Shown: one piece after another, positions 10,027-20,585 of the stretch | How positions within the stretch are numbered: position 1 is the first letter of the stretch | Layout: each line of letters begins with the position of its first letter | From: Abditibacteriaceae bacterium | GTDB taxonomy: Bacteria; Armatimonadota; Abditibacteriia; Abditibacteriales; Abditibacteriaceae | Length of the DNA: 64,000 nt | Direction: 5' to 3' | NCBI GenBank assembly: GCA_965277285.1 | Contig: OZ255721.1 | Location: 1,600,001 to 1,664,000 of the forward strand | Notes under the pieces: generated by a model | Told to the model about the DNA's origin: nothing | What the model saw: the letters and a program-made list of their open reading frames with translations, nothing else | The model's database searches: none | Program-made: the position numbers and the translations under genes

Positions 10027-11610
10027 TCAAGCCGCTATGGGCAATTGTCCCATCGCGGCGGCCAGCAAGACTTCTTGCGTTGCGGCTTCGCGCTTGAAGG
10101 TTCCGCCGACCGTACCTTCGTGAAGCATCACGATGCGGTCGCTCATGCCCATCAGTTCCGGCAGTTCGCTCGAAACCAGCACGACCGCACAGCCCTGCGC
10201 CGTCAGTTCATTCATCAGATTATAAACGTCCAGCTTGGCGCCGACATCAATGCCGCGCGTCGGTTCGTCCAGAAAAACGACTTTCGGTTGCGTCATCAAG
10301 GCTTTGCCGAGCACGACTTTTTGCTGATTACCGCCCGATAATTTGCCGACGAACGAATCCAAGCCCGGCGCTTTGACGCGCAACGAATCGAAAAACTGGC
10401 GATTGACCGTCGATTCACGCCCCACGTTGAGCAAGCCGCCGGTCGTCAGTTTTTCCAGCGACGACAATGACAAATTGAAGCCAATCGTTTGCTCCAAAAT
10501 CAAGCCGTAACGCTTGCGGTCTTCGCTGACCATCACCAAACCTGAGGCAATCGAGCGCGACGGCGAAGTCACATCCAGCGATTGGCCGTCCAGTTGGACA
10601 TGACCCGAGACGCGCCGTCCCCACGCGCCGAACAAGTGCATCAACAATTCGCTGCGTCCGGCGCCCATCAAGCCGCCCAAACCCAACACTTCTCCGGCGC
10701 GCACCTCAAACGAAATGTCGCGCAAGCGCAGAGCACTTCCCGGCGGCGGCGCGACATCCAAATGTTCGACCGACAATAAAACTTTGCCAGGATGCGACGC
10801 GGTACGCGGAAACAAGTCCTCTATTTCGCGCCCGACCATGTGGCGAATAACTTCCGCGACATTGGTCTGCGCTGTTTCCAGCGTCGTGATGCTTTGCCCG
10901 TCGCGCAAAACCGTGATGCGATCAGCGACGGCGAACACTTCGTCCAGCTTGTGCGAAATGTAAACGCATGTCACGCCCTGCGCGCGCAAATCGCGCAAAA
11001 TGCCCAGCAAAACTTGAACTTCGGTTTCGCTGAGCGCCGCCGTCGGTTCGTCCAAAATGAGAATGCGCGATTTTTTCGACAACGCCTTGACGATTTCGAC
11101 CAACTGTTGATGTCCAACGCCGAGATTGCGCACCGGCGTGTCGGGGTCGATTTCAATTCCGAAACGGCGCAGCAGTTGGCGCGATTGATCGTAGACTTTC
11201 AGCCAGTCGATAAAGCCGCCATTCATCGGCTCTTTGCCCAGAAAAATGTTCTCACCGACCGTCATTTCCGGCACCAGCGCCATTTCCTGATAAATTACCG
11301 CGATGCCGTGCGCTTCGGCGTCTGCCGTCGAACGCATTTCGAGCGGCGCGTCATCCAGCACGATGCGGCCTTCGTAAGAACCGGCGGCATGAATACCCGA
11401 CAGAACCTTGATCAGCGTCGATTTACCGGCTCCGTTTTCGCCGCACAGTGCATGAATTTCGCCCTTGCGCAAATCAAAACTCACATCTTTGAGCGCCACC
11501 ACGCCCGGAAAACGTTTCACGATGTGCTCAGCGCGCAGCAAAACCTCTCCGGCGCCTGGCTCGCTCGCCGTTCGAGTACTCGATTCGTTTTTTGCAGTGA
11601 TCTGGCTCAT
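10027..11610 (-). CDS. xylG: Monosaccharide ABC transporter ATP-binding protein (tandem ABC domains)
   Basis: GENGAGKST, ILDEPT, LSGGNQQKV, FLDEPTRGIDVGAK. Start reassigned to MSQITAK (11610) because the longer ORF reads through a REP hairpin and overlaps xylF. Confidence 0.87.
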   Translation of the reverse strand: MSQITAKNESSTRTASEPGAGEVLLRAEHIVKRFPGVVALKDVSFDLRKGEIHALCGENGAGKSTLIKVLSGIHAAGSYEGRIVLDDAPLEMRSTADAEAHGIAVIYQEMALVPEMTVGENIFLGKEPMNGGFIDWLKVYDQSRQLLRRFGIEIDPDTPVRNLGVGHQQLVEIVKALSKKSRILILDEPTAALSETEVQVLLGILRDLRAQGVTCVYISHKLDEVFAVADRITVLRDGQSITTLETAQTNVAEVIRHMVGREIEDLFPRTASHPGKVLLSVEHLDVAPPPGSALRLRDISFEVRAGEVLGLGGLMGAGRSELLMHLFGAWGRRVSGHVQLDGQSLDVTSPSRSIASGLVMVSEDRKRYGLILEQTIGFNLSLSSLEKLTTGGLLNVGRESTVNRQFFDSLRVKAPGLDSFVGKLSGGNQQKVVLGKALMTQPKVVFLDEPTRGIDVGAKLDVYNLMNELTAQGCAVVLVSSELPELMGMSDRIVMLHEGTVGGTFKREAATQEVLLAAAMGQLPIAA

Positions 11611-11664
11611 AAGAATGGAAGAATTCGGCAGTAAAACCGGAACTGTCGGCAGGAATTGTTTACA

Positions 11665-11731
11665 GAACCCTAAGCGTGAGCGCGGGGCTGAAGTATCTGT
11701 CACTTCAGCCCCGCGCTCACGCTTGGGGTTC
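11665..11731. repeat. REP/REPIN-like hairpin family C, copy 2 (between xylF and xylG)
   Basis: gaaccctaagcgtgagcgcggggctgaagt...acttcagccccgcgctcacgcttggggttc. Confidence 0.85.
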
Positions 11732-11749
11732 GTTAAGCAAAGCAACACT

Positions 11750-12835
11750 TTACGGGCGCGGCGGACGGAGGTTGGCCGGGACGCTGCCGTAAATTTCGTC
11801 GTAAGTGTGAAAACCTTGCTTGACAACAACCGGCACGATGTTGTCTTTTGTGACAATTGACACGTCGTTCAAAATCGAAGGTACGTCGGTTTGACCGTTA
11901 TTCAAGGTCTGCGTGGCGATAATCGGTTTGCCGTTCGCCATACGGACGGCGCTTTCCGCAGCGGTTGTGGCGAGTTTCTTCAAAGGCTTGTAAATCGTCA
12001 TCGACTGGCTGCCCATAGCAATGCGCTGGCAGGCCACCAATTCGCAGTCTTGTCCGGTAACAATCATTTTGCCGCCCATGCCAGCTTCGGTCAAAGCTTG
12101 AATGGCGCCGCCTGCCGTTCCATCGTTAGCGGCCAGAACCGCATCGAACTTTTTGCCTTCGGTAATAGCGGCGTTGACGATTTTCTTGGCGTTTTCCGGC
12201 TTCCAATCTTCGGCCCAGTCGGCGCGCACAATTTTGATGTCGCCTTTTTTCACCAGAGGATCGAGCACGTTGTCCTGACCTTGCTTGAACATCTTGGCGT
12301 TGTTGTCACTGGGCGAGCCGTAAATGCAAACCACGCTACCCTTGCCGCCTGGCAAATGATCGACGACATATTTCGCCTGCAACTCGCCGACGTGCACGTT
12401 GTCGAATGACAGGTAAAGGTCGGGATCGCTGTTGCGAATCATGCGGTCGTAGGCGATAACGGGAACGCCCGAAGCGTGCGCCAACTTGACCGCTTTGGCC
12501 ATCGCCACGCCATCGTGCGCCGCGATGACGAGCACGCGGACGCCTGCCGTCAGCAACGATTGCACATCGCGCATTTGTTGGTTATCGTCGCTGTTGGCCG
12601 ATTGCACTTTAACCGTGGCGCCCAATTCTTGCGCGCGCTTGACGAACAAATCGCGGTCGCTTTGCCAGCGCGCTTCCTTCAGCGTATCCAGCGAAAGCCC
12701 GATCAACAAGTCTTTGGAACCACCAGCCAAAGGCGCGCCCGTCGCTGGATTGACGCGTCCGCCACGCCCCACGACCAGCCCGATCAAAATGCTCAAGGCC
12801 AGAGAGACCGTCATCAAAACGTTGCGAATGTTCAT
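11750..12835 (-). CDS. xylF: D-xylose-type ABC transporter substrate-binding protein
   Basis: EARWQSDRDLFVKRAQELGATVKVQSAN, VIAYDRMI, SFDNVHVGELQA, GSPSDNNA, TGQD, MTIYKP. Confidence 0.85.
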   Translation of the reverse strand: MNIRNVLMTVSLALSILIGLVVGRGGRVNPATGAPLAGGSKDLLIGLSLDTLKEARWQSDRDLFVKRAQELGATVKVQSANSDDNQQMRDVQSLLTAGVRVLVIAAHDGVAMAKAVKLAHASGVPVIAYDRMIRNSDPDLYLSFDNVHVGELQAKYVVDHLPGGKGSVVCIYGSPSDNNAKMFKQGQDNVLDPLVKKGDIKIVRADWAEDWKPENAKKIVNAAITEGKKFDAVLAANDGTAGGAIQALTEAGMGGKMIVTGQDCELVACQRIAMGSQSMTIYKPLKKLATTAAESAVRMANGKPIIATQTLNNGQTDVPSILNDVSIVTKDNIVPVVVKQGFHTYDEIYGSVPANLRPPRP

Positions 12836-12899
12836 ATTCTTCCTTCTATTGAGTACTCGAATTGCACTTTATTGTACTTTGGCAGCTTTGGGAATAGCT

Positions 12900-14420
12900 T
12901 TACGCCAAAACCTGCGGGAAACGTCCGGCGGTTTGAATGACGAATTCGCCGAAAAGCGTGTTGGCCCACGCAAACCACGAACGCGTATATCGTTTTGGGT
13001 CGTCCTTGTGAAACGATTCGTGCATGAAACCCGTGCCCGCGTGAGTTTCTTTGAGAGTTCTCAAGCATTCGGCGACTTCAATGGGCGAAGTGCTGGTCAG
13101 GCCATACATAATCACGCTCAGCGGCCAAATCATGTCCGGCCCGACGTGCGGCCCGCCCGTCCCGCGATATTTTCCCTCGTAGAACCACGGATTTTCGTGG
13201 CTCCACACCATGCGCCGCGTCGCTTGATAAAGCGGATCGCCCACCGCGCAAACGCCCAGATAAGGCAGCGAAAGCAGACTGGGAACATTGGCGTCGTCGG
13301 CCAGCGAAAAATGTCCCAGTCCATCGACCTCATAAGCGTAAACGCGGCCTTGAGTCGCCGATTTCTGCTGCGCGTAAAGGTTGATCGCGCGCTCGACTTC
13401 GGCGGCCAGCGCGCGCGCTTGTTGCGCTTTTTGCGGCTGATGACGAATTTCGGCGAGCATTTGCGCCATTTGTCGCAGCGAAACCACGGCGAACAGGTTG
13501 GATGGAATCAAAAATTGATAAGTTGTTTCGTCATCTGAAGGCCGAAAGCGAGAGCAAATCATGCCGACCGGCTTGATCGGCGAGCCAAAGTCTCCGGGAC
13601 GGGACGGGACATTGTTCGCAGGAGAAGAATTGTCCATGTCGTTCCAACGATAAGGCCCGTCACCAGTTTTGCGTTGCTGTTCGCGGAAAGTGCGCACGAT
13701 GATGTCCATCGCGTTTTCCCATTCGGCATCGAAAACCGTCGTGTCGCCGCCCTGCTTCCAATAACCATAAGCCAGGCGAACCGGATAACACAGCGAATCG
13801 ACTTCCCACTTTCGCTCGTGAATTTGCGGCGCGGCGGGCGGGCCGCCATCAGACGGAAAAGGATCGAGAAACGCGTTGGCGTAAGGATCGAGTTGAATGC
13901 ACTTCACCTGACGATTGAGAACGCCCTGCAACAAGCGCTGCAGTCGAGCATCACGGCGCATTAAGGGCAGATATGGCCACACTTGCGCAGAGGAATCACG
14001 CAGCCACATGGCGTCGATGTCGCCCGTGATGACAAAGGTGTCGGGCTTGCCGCCCACTTCACGAGGTTGAACTGTGGTGTCGAGCGTGTTGGGATAGCAG
14101 TTTTCAAAAAGCCACGCCAGTTCGGGATCGGCGATTTGCCGCTTCACGTCCCGAATCGTTTCTTCAACCGCTACCGAAATGAAGTGCGACGGACGACGCG
14201 TCGGGAAAAATCGCGCTGGCGGCAAGAATGACGACACGTTGCTTGCGGATGAGTTGTTGACCGTCGAAGCGGCATCCGCGCGCTGCGTCATGTTAGCCTC
14301 AAGCACAGCCAATGGCACACCCAACGCTGCGACGCCCAATGCGCCTTGCAGCAATTCACGCCGCGTCAGACCGCGCGCTTCCACAGGTTCGTTCTGGCTC
14401 GGGCTGATGTTCTCGTCCAT
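12900..14420 (-). CDS. GH125 exo-alpha-1,6-mannosidase family protein with Tat signal
   Basis: TRRELLQG Tat motif; FENCYPNTLDTT, ITGDIDAMWLRDS, ERKWEVDSLCY, FRPSDD, DDANVPSLLSLP, MHESF, WFAWANTLFGE. RBS gaagga before ATG 14420. Confidence 0.9.
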   Translation of the reverse strand: MDENISPSQNEPVEARGLTRRELLQGALGVAALGVPLAVLEANMTQRADAASTVNNSSASNVSSFLPPARFFPTRRPSHFISVAVEETIRDVKRQIADPELAWLFENCYPNTLDTTVQPREVGGKPDTFVITGDIDAMWLRDSSAQVWPYLPLMRRDARLQRLLQGVLNRQVKCIQLDPYANAFLDPFPSDGGPPAAPQIHERKWEVDSLCYPVRLAYGYWKQGGDTTVFDAEWENAMDIIVRTFREQQRKTGDGPYRWNDMDNSSPANNVPSRPGDFGSPIKPVGMICSRFRPSDDETTYQFLIPSNLFAVVSLRQMAQMLAEIRHQPQKAQQARALAAEVERAINLYAQQKSATQGRVYAYEVDGLGHFSLADDANVPSLLSLPYLGVCAVGDPLYQATRRMVWSHENPWFYEGKYRGTGGPHVGPDMIWPLSVIMYGLTSTSPIEVAECLRTLKETHAGTGFMHESFHKDDPKRYTRSWFAWANTLFGEFVIQTAGRFPQVLA

Positions 14421-14773
14421 TGATGTTCCTTCAAGTGGATGTGACTTCATCGCAAGGCAACACGATTGTTATAGAGAAATAGAAGAGCAATTTGCCCTTC
14501 ATGGACAAGTCCTTGTCGTACGCCAAAACTCTGCTAAGATGTTGGGATAATTAAATATAACAGCATCACGCAGTTTTGGACGATGCCCGTTTGGTGACGC
14601 GTCCAGCAAAGAAGCAACGCCTATCGAGTACTCGATTCACGTTCTTTTGCTCCTGTCCTACGCTTCAAATCTTATGCTTCAAACAAACGCAACCGAAAAG
14701 TTCCTCGCACAACAACAAAAAGGGCGAACTGTTTAGTGAACAGTTCGCCCTTTGCGTCATTCGCTTTGCGTCA

Positions 14774-15385
14774 TCAATGCAGTTTGTTCAGCTTGACTTT
14801 GATGCCCAGCGCTTTGCCGATGTCGTAATGCGCCTGGTTGGAAATGCGATGGTAATCCTTATCGGCTTTGACGCCGAACTTGGCATCAATGTCGTCCATC
14901 ACTTGCTCGTGGATTTTGTGCGTTACGGCTTTGTCCAGCAGCAATTCAGTATTAAAAACGCCGTTTGGCTCTTCGCCCGCCGTGACCAGAGTTTTCGCCA
15001 AATCCGTTCCCGACATCGCGGCATCGGGCAAGGTTACGCCAGCTCTGGTGGCGATCGAAAGCGCGTCTTTGACGGCGAAATCGAACACCGTCAGAAAGCG
15101 CGAAACGCGCATCTGACCATATTGTCCATTCAGTTTGGCGACTTCGGCGTTCACCGTCGGCGCGCCCAGCATCGAAGTCAAAGCCGTTGCAGTCGAATAA
15201 TTGTCCGCGCCACCGCCCGCCTGAACCAACGACGCCGTAACTGCCAGCGCCGGTGCGCCCGTATAAGATGCGCCGCCGCCAAAGCGACCTTTCGCCTGCG
15301 CGCTACCACTTGTCGCAAACGCGAGCGCCACAAACGCGCCCAACGCCGCGATTTTCGTCCCAACACGAATAGAATTTTTCATCAC
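14774..15385 (-). CDS. Secreted hypothetical protein
   Basis: Signal peptide ending AQA, RBS ggaga, downstream terminator 14711-14754; family not recognised. Confidence 0.75.
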   Translation of the reverse strand: MMKNSIRVGTKIAALGAFVALAFATSGSAQAKGRFGGGASYTGAPALAVTASLVQAGGGADNYSTATALTSMLGAPTVNAEVAKLNGQYGQMRVSRFLTVFDFAVKDALSIATRAGVTLPDAAMSGTDLAKTLVTAGEEPNGVFNTELLLDKAVTHKIHEQVMDDIDAKFGVKADKDYHRISNQAHYDIGKALGIKVKLNKLH

Positions 15386-15546
15386 TGTGTCTCCAAAAGA
15401 AGTATCTGCTTTGAAGATAACGCTCTTTAGCGCACGATGTCAGGTTAGAAATTGTTCAATTCGTGTCCAATTGCGCACACGAAATCAGCACAAAGAGCAG
15501 CGTTCGAGTACTCGAACGTTGCTCCTGAATAGAACTGACCGTTCAC

Positions 15547-16539
15547 TCATCGAAATCGGCTTTCGGCTTTCGGCTTGCGCCGCGAACGCAGTAGTAACAG
15601 CGCCAAAGTTCCCAACACAGAGCCGATGATCATTTTGGTCACGGGATCGGGAACTGCTGGCGGAATGTACACCACGCCATCTTTCGTGGCATGGGCCGGT
15701 TCATCTATATAACGACCTTGCAGCGGCACGCCTTCCGTCTCGAAATGCGCGGCCAAATCCTGCAATTCGCTTTGCATTTCAGCGCCGCGCATCGGTTGCC
15801 CATGTCCCGTTGCAATCACGGACGGTTGCAATGCGGCAATGGTGCGCACCGAATCTCCGGCGCTTTTCCAATCGGGCGTGAAATACGCGGGCGGACGGCG
15901 CACTTCTTTTTCCTGCGTCAAAACCGCCAGCAACGATTCCTGCTTGGTCGTTATGACGGCATCGCCCGCCACCAGAACTCCGTCGCGGTTGCGAAACAGC
16001 GAAATATGTCCTGGCGAATGTCCGGGCGTCGCAATCCAGCGCCATTCCGGAAGATGCGGCACGCGACCATCGTCGGGCAAAGCGTGAATTCGCTCGCCCA
16101 GATCGATGCCTTTGCGCGAGTACAAAAACGATAGGCGTGCCATCGAACCGCCGCCAACAGTGGGATCGGGCGGCGGATAATCGCTGCGTCCCGTCAGATA
16201 GGGCAGTTCCAAAGGATGCGCGTAAATCGGCACCTCCCAGCGGTCGGCCAATTCGCGCAGGGCGCCGATGTGGTCGAAATGGCCGTGCGTCAAGAGGATG
16301 CACGACGGTTTGGCGCCGACGCCAAAACATTCTTCGGCGGCATTCACAATGCGACCAGCGCATGGCCCCACGCCGCCATCCACCAAAACCCAGTTGTCAT
16401 GGTTCGCTTCGCCGATAAAAAACACGTTGACGATGGCGATGCGCAAACCGACCACATCGGGCGCGACGTCTTCCGCCCACGACGGCACGCTTTGCGTCCC
16501 ATTTTGCGCCACACTATAAATTGCCTGATCGTTGGTCAT
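15547..16539 (-). CDS. MBL-fold metallo-hydrolase with C-terminal membrane anchor
   Basis: LTHGHFDHIG, TPGHSPGH, VAGDA, ATGHG motifs; hydrophobic plus basic C-terminus. Confidence 0.9.
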   Translation of the reverse strand: MTNDQAIYSVAQNGTQSVPSWAEDVAPDVVGLRIAIVNVFFIGEANHDNWVLVDGGVGPCAGRIVNAAEECFGVGAKPSCILLTHGHFDHIGALRELADRWEVPIYAHPLELPYLTGRSDYPPPDPTVGGGSMARLSFLYSRKGIDLGERIHALPDDGRVPHLPEWRWIATPGHSPGHISLFRNRDGVLVAGDAVITTKQESLLAVLTQEKEVRRPPAYFTPDWKSAGDSVRTIAALQPSVIATGHGQPMRGAEMQSELQDLAAHFETEGVPLQGRYIDEPAHATKDGVVYIPPAVPDPVTKMIIGSVLGTLALLLLRSRRKPKAESRFR

Positions 16540-16664
16540 AAACTTTTCTCCCGCGCGTTCTTTCCTCGCGCACATCGCAAAAGTAATACCCGCGAACCGT
16601 TTTTAAGTCGCGCACCGATTCGAGTACTCGAACGTCATTTTCCTTAACCAATAAAGAGAAGATT

Positions 16665-16810
16665 CTGAAGTTTTGTGGTGCCCGCCCCTGAAGGAGCGGG
16701 CTGAGTTACCAAGTCCCCATAAATGGGACTGAACTACCGCAACGGAGGCCGCTTTAGCGGTCTTGTTCTTTCAGCCCGCTCCTTCAGGGGCGGGCACTAC
16801 AAAACTTCAG
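16665..16810. repeat. REPIN-like nested hairpin element family B, copy 1 (copy 2 at 61521-61673)
   Basis: Arms gcccgcccctgaaggagcgggctga / tcagcccgctccttcaggggcgggc with internal hairpins gtccccataaatgggac and ggccgctttagcggtc. Confidence 0.85.
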
Positions 16811-16869
16811 GCCAACTCGCGCTACTAATTACCAAGCCTCCACACATCTAACTTTTCGTTAAGGCTCTT

Positions 16870-18357
16870 ATGAACTGGACGCAATTCTTCCCCGAACTCG
16901 ATGAATCCTGGCGCGAAACTTTGGCGCCCGCGACGCATTTTCTTTTTGAGTGGACGGATTACTGGCTCGAAATTCCCGATGCGACACGTTTGCGAATTGG
17001 AAATCAATGGCTCGCGCCGACTGTTAATCAATTGTTTCGCGTGCGCTTTGAAAACCAGACCGGCTTGTCCACGCTGCAACCTTTTCAAGGCGATGAATCG
17101 TTGAGCGCAGCGTTACACGTCGAAGTCTTGTCGCGTAAATTTCCCACGCCGCAAGTGCATCACGCGTTTTTCAGCGCGCTCTTGAACGATCTAACCAGAC
17201 ATTGCGCCAGTTTGCCGTTCGCGCCGCAAAGCCCAACCCAACGCAACGTCGCGCCTGATTCCGCGTCTTCGTCACCGCTTTTCGCCTTGCATTTCTTCCT
17301 GCGTTACAGCGACGATTTGCGCGCCGCATGGCACGAAATCGCGCGCGCGCCGCACCACGAACTGCGCGACGAAACTCGCTCGGTTTTGCTCGGCGAAGCG
17401 ACCGAAGCCAACGCTAATGTCTTGCTCGACATTTTGCAATCATCACACAATTGGCAACACGCCACAGGTTTCGCGCTGGCGCAACGTTTGGAAAATCGCG
17501 CGCCATCGCGCATTCGACAATGCTACAGCCGCGAAACCTTTGACACCGTGCCCAATCGTTTTCTGCGCGCCTTTCTCCACAAAATGTCAGGCGTCGCGCA
17601 AAGCATCGTCGTGCAAAAATGGTGGCCGTCATTGACGTTGGAAACGCAACATCAAATACATTCGTTCGCCGAATGGTTACAGGAAATTCAAACTGCGTCG
17701 TGGCTCGAAGAAGTCGGAGAAATGTCGCCTAATTTGGGTGCGAATCGAGTACTCGAAAAGCGGCGAGGCTACCGCGAAATGGCGCAATTGTGGCCGCTTT
17801 TTCGTGCTTCGCGCCGGACGCTCTGGCAACGCGCCGAAGAAGCGATCAGCGTCCGCGACATCGCGCGCCTTTATGAGACTTGGACATTTTTCGCCTTGGT
17901 CGAGAAAATCGCCGACGCGACCGGCGAAACTCCGCAAACCGATGTTTTGCTCAACGAATCGCAAGGTTTGCAAAACAATTACAGCGTGCGTTTTGGCGAT
18001 GCGGGAACGCTGATTTACAATCTTTCGACGCGTTCCTACGTGGCGACTTTGCGCCCCGATTTCACCTGGATTGGCAACGATCACGCCGTTGTATTCGATG
18101 CGAAATTTCGCTTGGAGCGCGCGTCATTGGCCAGCGAAAACGACGAACGTTCCGCCGCGCGCAGCGACCTTTACAAGATGCATGCTTATCGAGATGCGCT
18201 CGGCGTGCGTGCGGCTGTCGCGCTTTATCCGGGAACATTGTCGCGCTTTTACGACACGACGCGCGGCGCGCTGGATAATCCGTCGTGGCGCGACATTCTG
18301 CAGGGTGATTTATCGGGCATCGGTGCGTTAAGCCTCATACCGATAACATCCTTATGA
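16870..18357 (+). CDS. DUF2357 / PD-(D/E)XK nuclease (McrC-like subunit)
   Basis: ETFDTVPNRFL, DIARLYETW, LRPDF..VFDAKFR, DLYKMHAYRDAL, ALYPG motifs; 4-bp overlap with the McrB-like gene. Confidence 0.85.
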   Translation: MNWTQFFPELDESWRETLAPATHFLFEWTDYWLEIPDATRLRIGNQWLAPTVNQLFRVRFENQTGLSTLQPFQGDESLSAALHVEVLSRKFPTPQVHHAFFSALLNDLTRHCASLPFAPQSPTQRNVAPDSASSSPLFALHFFLRYSDDLRAAWHEIARAPHHELRDETRSVLLGEATEANANVLLDILQSSHNWQHATGFALAQRLENRAPSRIRQCYSRETFDTVPNRFLRAFLHKMSGVAQSIVVQKWWPSLTLETQHQIHSFAEWLQEIQTASWLEEVGEMSPNLGANRVLEKRRGYREMAQLWPLFRASRRTLWQRAEEAISVRDIARLYETWTFFALVEKIADATGETPQTDVLLNESQGLQNNYSVRFGDAGTLIYNLSTRSYVATLRPDFTWIGNDHAVVFDAKFRLERASLASENDERSAARSDLYKMHAYRDALGVRAAVALYPGTLSRFYDTTRGALDNPSWRDILQGDLSGIGALSLIPITSL

Positions 18358-20549
18358 ACCTTTCCCTTTCTTCTCTGGCCGAACGTTTTGCGAGCGTTTT
18401 GCACGATTCACTCGAGTGGCAAACGCGCTTGGAAACGTTGCAGGCACGTAGCCAACGCGCTCAAGAACTGTTGTCGCCATCCCATCTATCGTCGCTTTCC
18501 GAAGCCGAAATTCGCGCCCTGTTTTTCGATTCCGATGCTTTCACCGCCTGGAAAAATCCCGAATCGAACTTTCGTGCGCGCCTCAAAACGCGCGGTTTAG
18601 AAGGTTTGCGCCATGCTTTAGGCCAGTTGATTTCCTGCGCCGAAAAGGATTTAACGCCAGCAGATTTAAGCCGCGTTCTGGCGCTGCGCGGTTTGGGAAA
18701 AGGCTTGTGCAGCGAACTCTTAGCGTATCGCTTTCCGGCGCGCTACTGGATTTGGAACCGCGAAACTTTGCCCGCTTTGCAGTTTCTTTCATTCAAGTTC
18801 GAGACACAGAAAACCGATGCCGAAACGTATTTTGCCTTGCGCGAACCGCTGCATCGAGTACTCGAAACCTTGCACAACGCCGGTTTGGACGCCGATTATT
18901 TGCACGTCGCGCTGTTCCTCGCCTGGACAACGCAAAACGCCAACGACCAGACAGAAACCGCGCCATTATCATGGCAGGACGCGTTGCAGCCGGTTTTCGC
19001 ATCGCGCGGTTTGCATTTTTCACACGAAACATTGGCGGCGTTTGTCACGGCGTTAGAAACCAAAGGTTTCGTGATTCTCAGCGGCATCAGCGGCGTGGGA
19101 AAAACACGATTAGCGCAAGAATTCGCCGCACTGTTGCCGCAACCTTCATCGCGTCCAAGTGCAGGCTCTGCGATCACCATCACGATTCAACCGGCAATGC
19201 TGAAAACTGGGCGCGTTCCACTATCGGGCGCTTTTCAAATCGACTGGCCGCAAACCGACAAAGACGCACTGGTAACGTTCGCCAATCGCAACCATTTATG
19301 TCGCTTGTTACGCGACGATGCAGGACAGATCGAATTGGTTTTACGTGGTGCGGCGCGCAGTTGGTTCACCAAAAACTTTATGGTCGGCGATGTTTTATCG
19401 CTCGAACCCGAAGTCGACAACGACCGCGATTTAATGAATTTGCGCGCCTTTCGGCAAGACGCGATTTCGAGTACTCGAAATACAGAAAAACGCGAGCGCA
19501 ACTTCTTGTTTCTGTCAGTTCGTCCCGATTGGCGCGACTCGAAAGCGTTGCTGGGTTATTACAATCCGCTCAGCGAGCGCTACGAAACAACGCCGTTTTT
19601 GCGTTTTGTGATTGAAGCTCAAAACAGTTTTCGCGCTGACGATGGCGTCGCTTATTTCGTCTTGCTGGATGAAATGAACCTGGCGCGCGTCGAATATTAT
19701 TTCGCTGATTTCTTGAGCGTTTTGGAAGCGGGACGCGACGAACAGGGCTGGACGCGCGAAGCCTTGCAGTTGCAAGCTTCGCCTGACAACAAAGGCGCTT
19801 TTTCGCCCGCAGAACTTCATTTGCCACCGAATTTGTTCTTCATCGGCACGGTGAACGAAGATGAAACGACGCACGCCTTCAGCCCCAAAGTTCTCGACCG
19901 CGCCTGGACAATCGAGTTGAACGAAGTGGATTTCTGCGGGTATTTGCAAAACGAACCCGCACTTGAATGGAGCGAAACCCAACGCGTGGCGCTGGGGCAA
20001 TCTTTGGCGCGCGGTCATCGTTTTACGCATTGGCACAAAAACGATGTCGCGCAAACCCTGGCGCAATTTCCTCAGATTCGACCTCAATTGCAAAACCTGA
20101 ACAATTTGCTGCAACCGCACGAACTGGGTTTTGGTTATCGCGTTTTCGACGAGATCACGATTTTTGTGCGCGCGGCGCAAAATAACGGCTTGTTTGCCAA
20201 CACGTTCAACGACAATCGAGTACTCGAAACGGAAGTTGAGCCGCAGGAAACCGACGCCAAAATGTTCGAGAAATCGTTCGACATCGCGGTGAGCGCGAAA
20301 GTGTTGCCGAAGTTTGCTGGCCGCGCGCGCTTGCAAAAACCGCTGCGCGCCTTGCTGTCGTGGTGTTTGCAACCCGACGCACCGGATGAAAAACCAATCG
20401 ACGACGCTCTGCGCTCAAGTCAAACAAGTTCGGGCGAAACCAAAGTGCTGACAACACAACTCGCCGCTTTATCGTTTGTGTACTCGGTGACAGCTTTGCG
20501 CGCCATCGAACTGCTGAACGATATCCTGTCAAGCGGTTTTGGCAGTTGA
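18354..20549 (+). CDS. McrB-family AAA+ GTPase (type IV restriction motor subunit)
   Basis: Walker A ILSGISGVGKT, VRPDW, LLDEMNLARVEYYFADFLS, GTVNEDETTHAFSPKVLDRA (NxxD-type), FGYRV, KVLPK. Confidence 0.9.
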   Translation: MNLSLSSLAERFASVLHDSLEWQTRLETLQARSQRAQELLSPSHLSSLSEAEIRALFFDSDAFTAWKNPESNFRARLKTRGLEGLRHALGQLISCAEKDLTPADLSRVLALRGLGKGLCSELLAYRFPARYWIWNRETLPALQFLSFKFETQKTDAETYFALREPLHRVLETLHNAGLDADYLHVALFLAWTTQNANDQTETAPLSWQDALQPVFASRGLHFSHETLAAFVTALETKGFVILSGISGVGKTRLAQEFAALLPQPSSRPSAGSAITITIQPAMLKTGRVPLSGAFQIDWPQTDKDALVTFANRNHLCRLLRDDAGQIELVLRGAARSWFTKNFMVGDVLSLEPEVDNDRDLMNLRAFRQDAISSTRNTEKRERNFLFLSVRPDWRDSKALLGYYNPLSERYETTPFLRFVIEAQNSFRADDGVAYFVLLDEMNLARVEYYFADFLSVLEAGRDEQGWTREALQLQASPDNKGAFSPAELHLPPNLFFIGTVNEDETTHAFSPKVLDRAWTIELNEVDFCGYLQNEPALEWSETQRVALGQSLARGHRFTHWHKNDVAQTLAQFPQIRPQLQNLNNLLQPHELGFGYRVFDEITIFVRAAQNNGLFANTFNDNRVLETEVEPQETDAKMFEKSFDIAVSAKVLPKFAGRARLQKPLRALLSWCLQPDAPDEKPIDDALRSSQTSSGETKVLTTQLAALSFVYSVTALRAIELLNDILSSGFGS

Positions 20550-20585
20550 GCAATGAGAATCAAGAAGATGTCTTTCAAGCGCCAG

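Noticed and set aside
11611..11856. N-terminal extension of xylG in the ORF track
   Set aside because: It reads through a REP hairpin and overlaps xylF; the start is more plausibly 11610.
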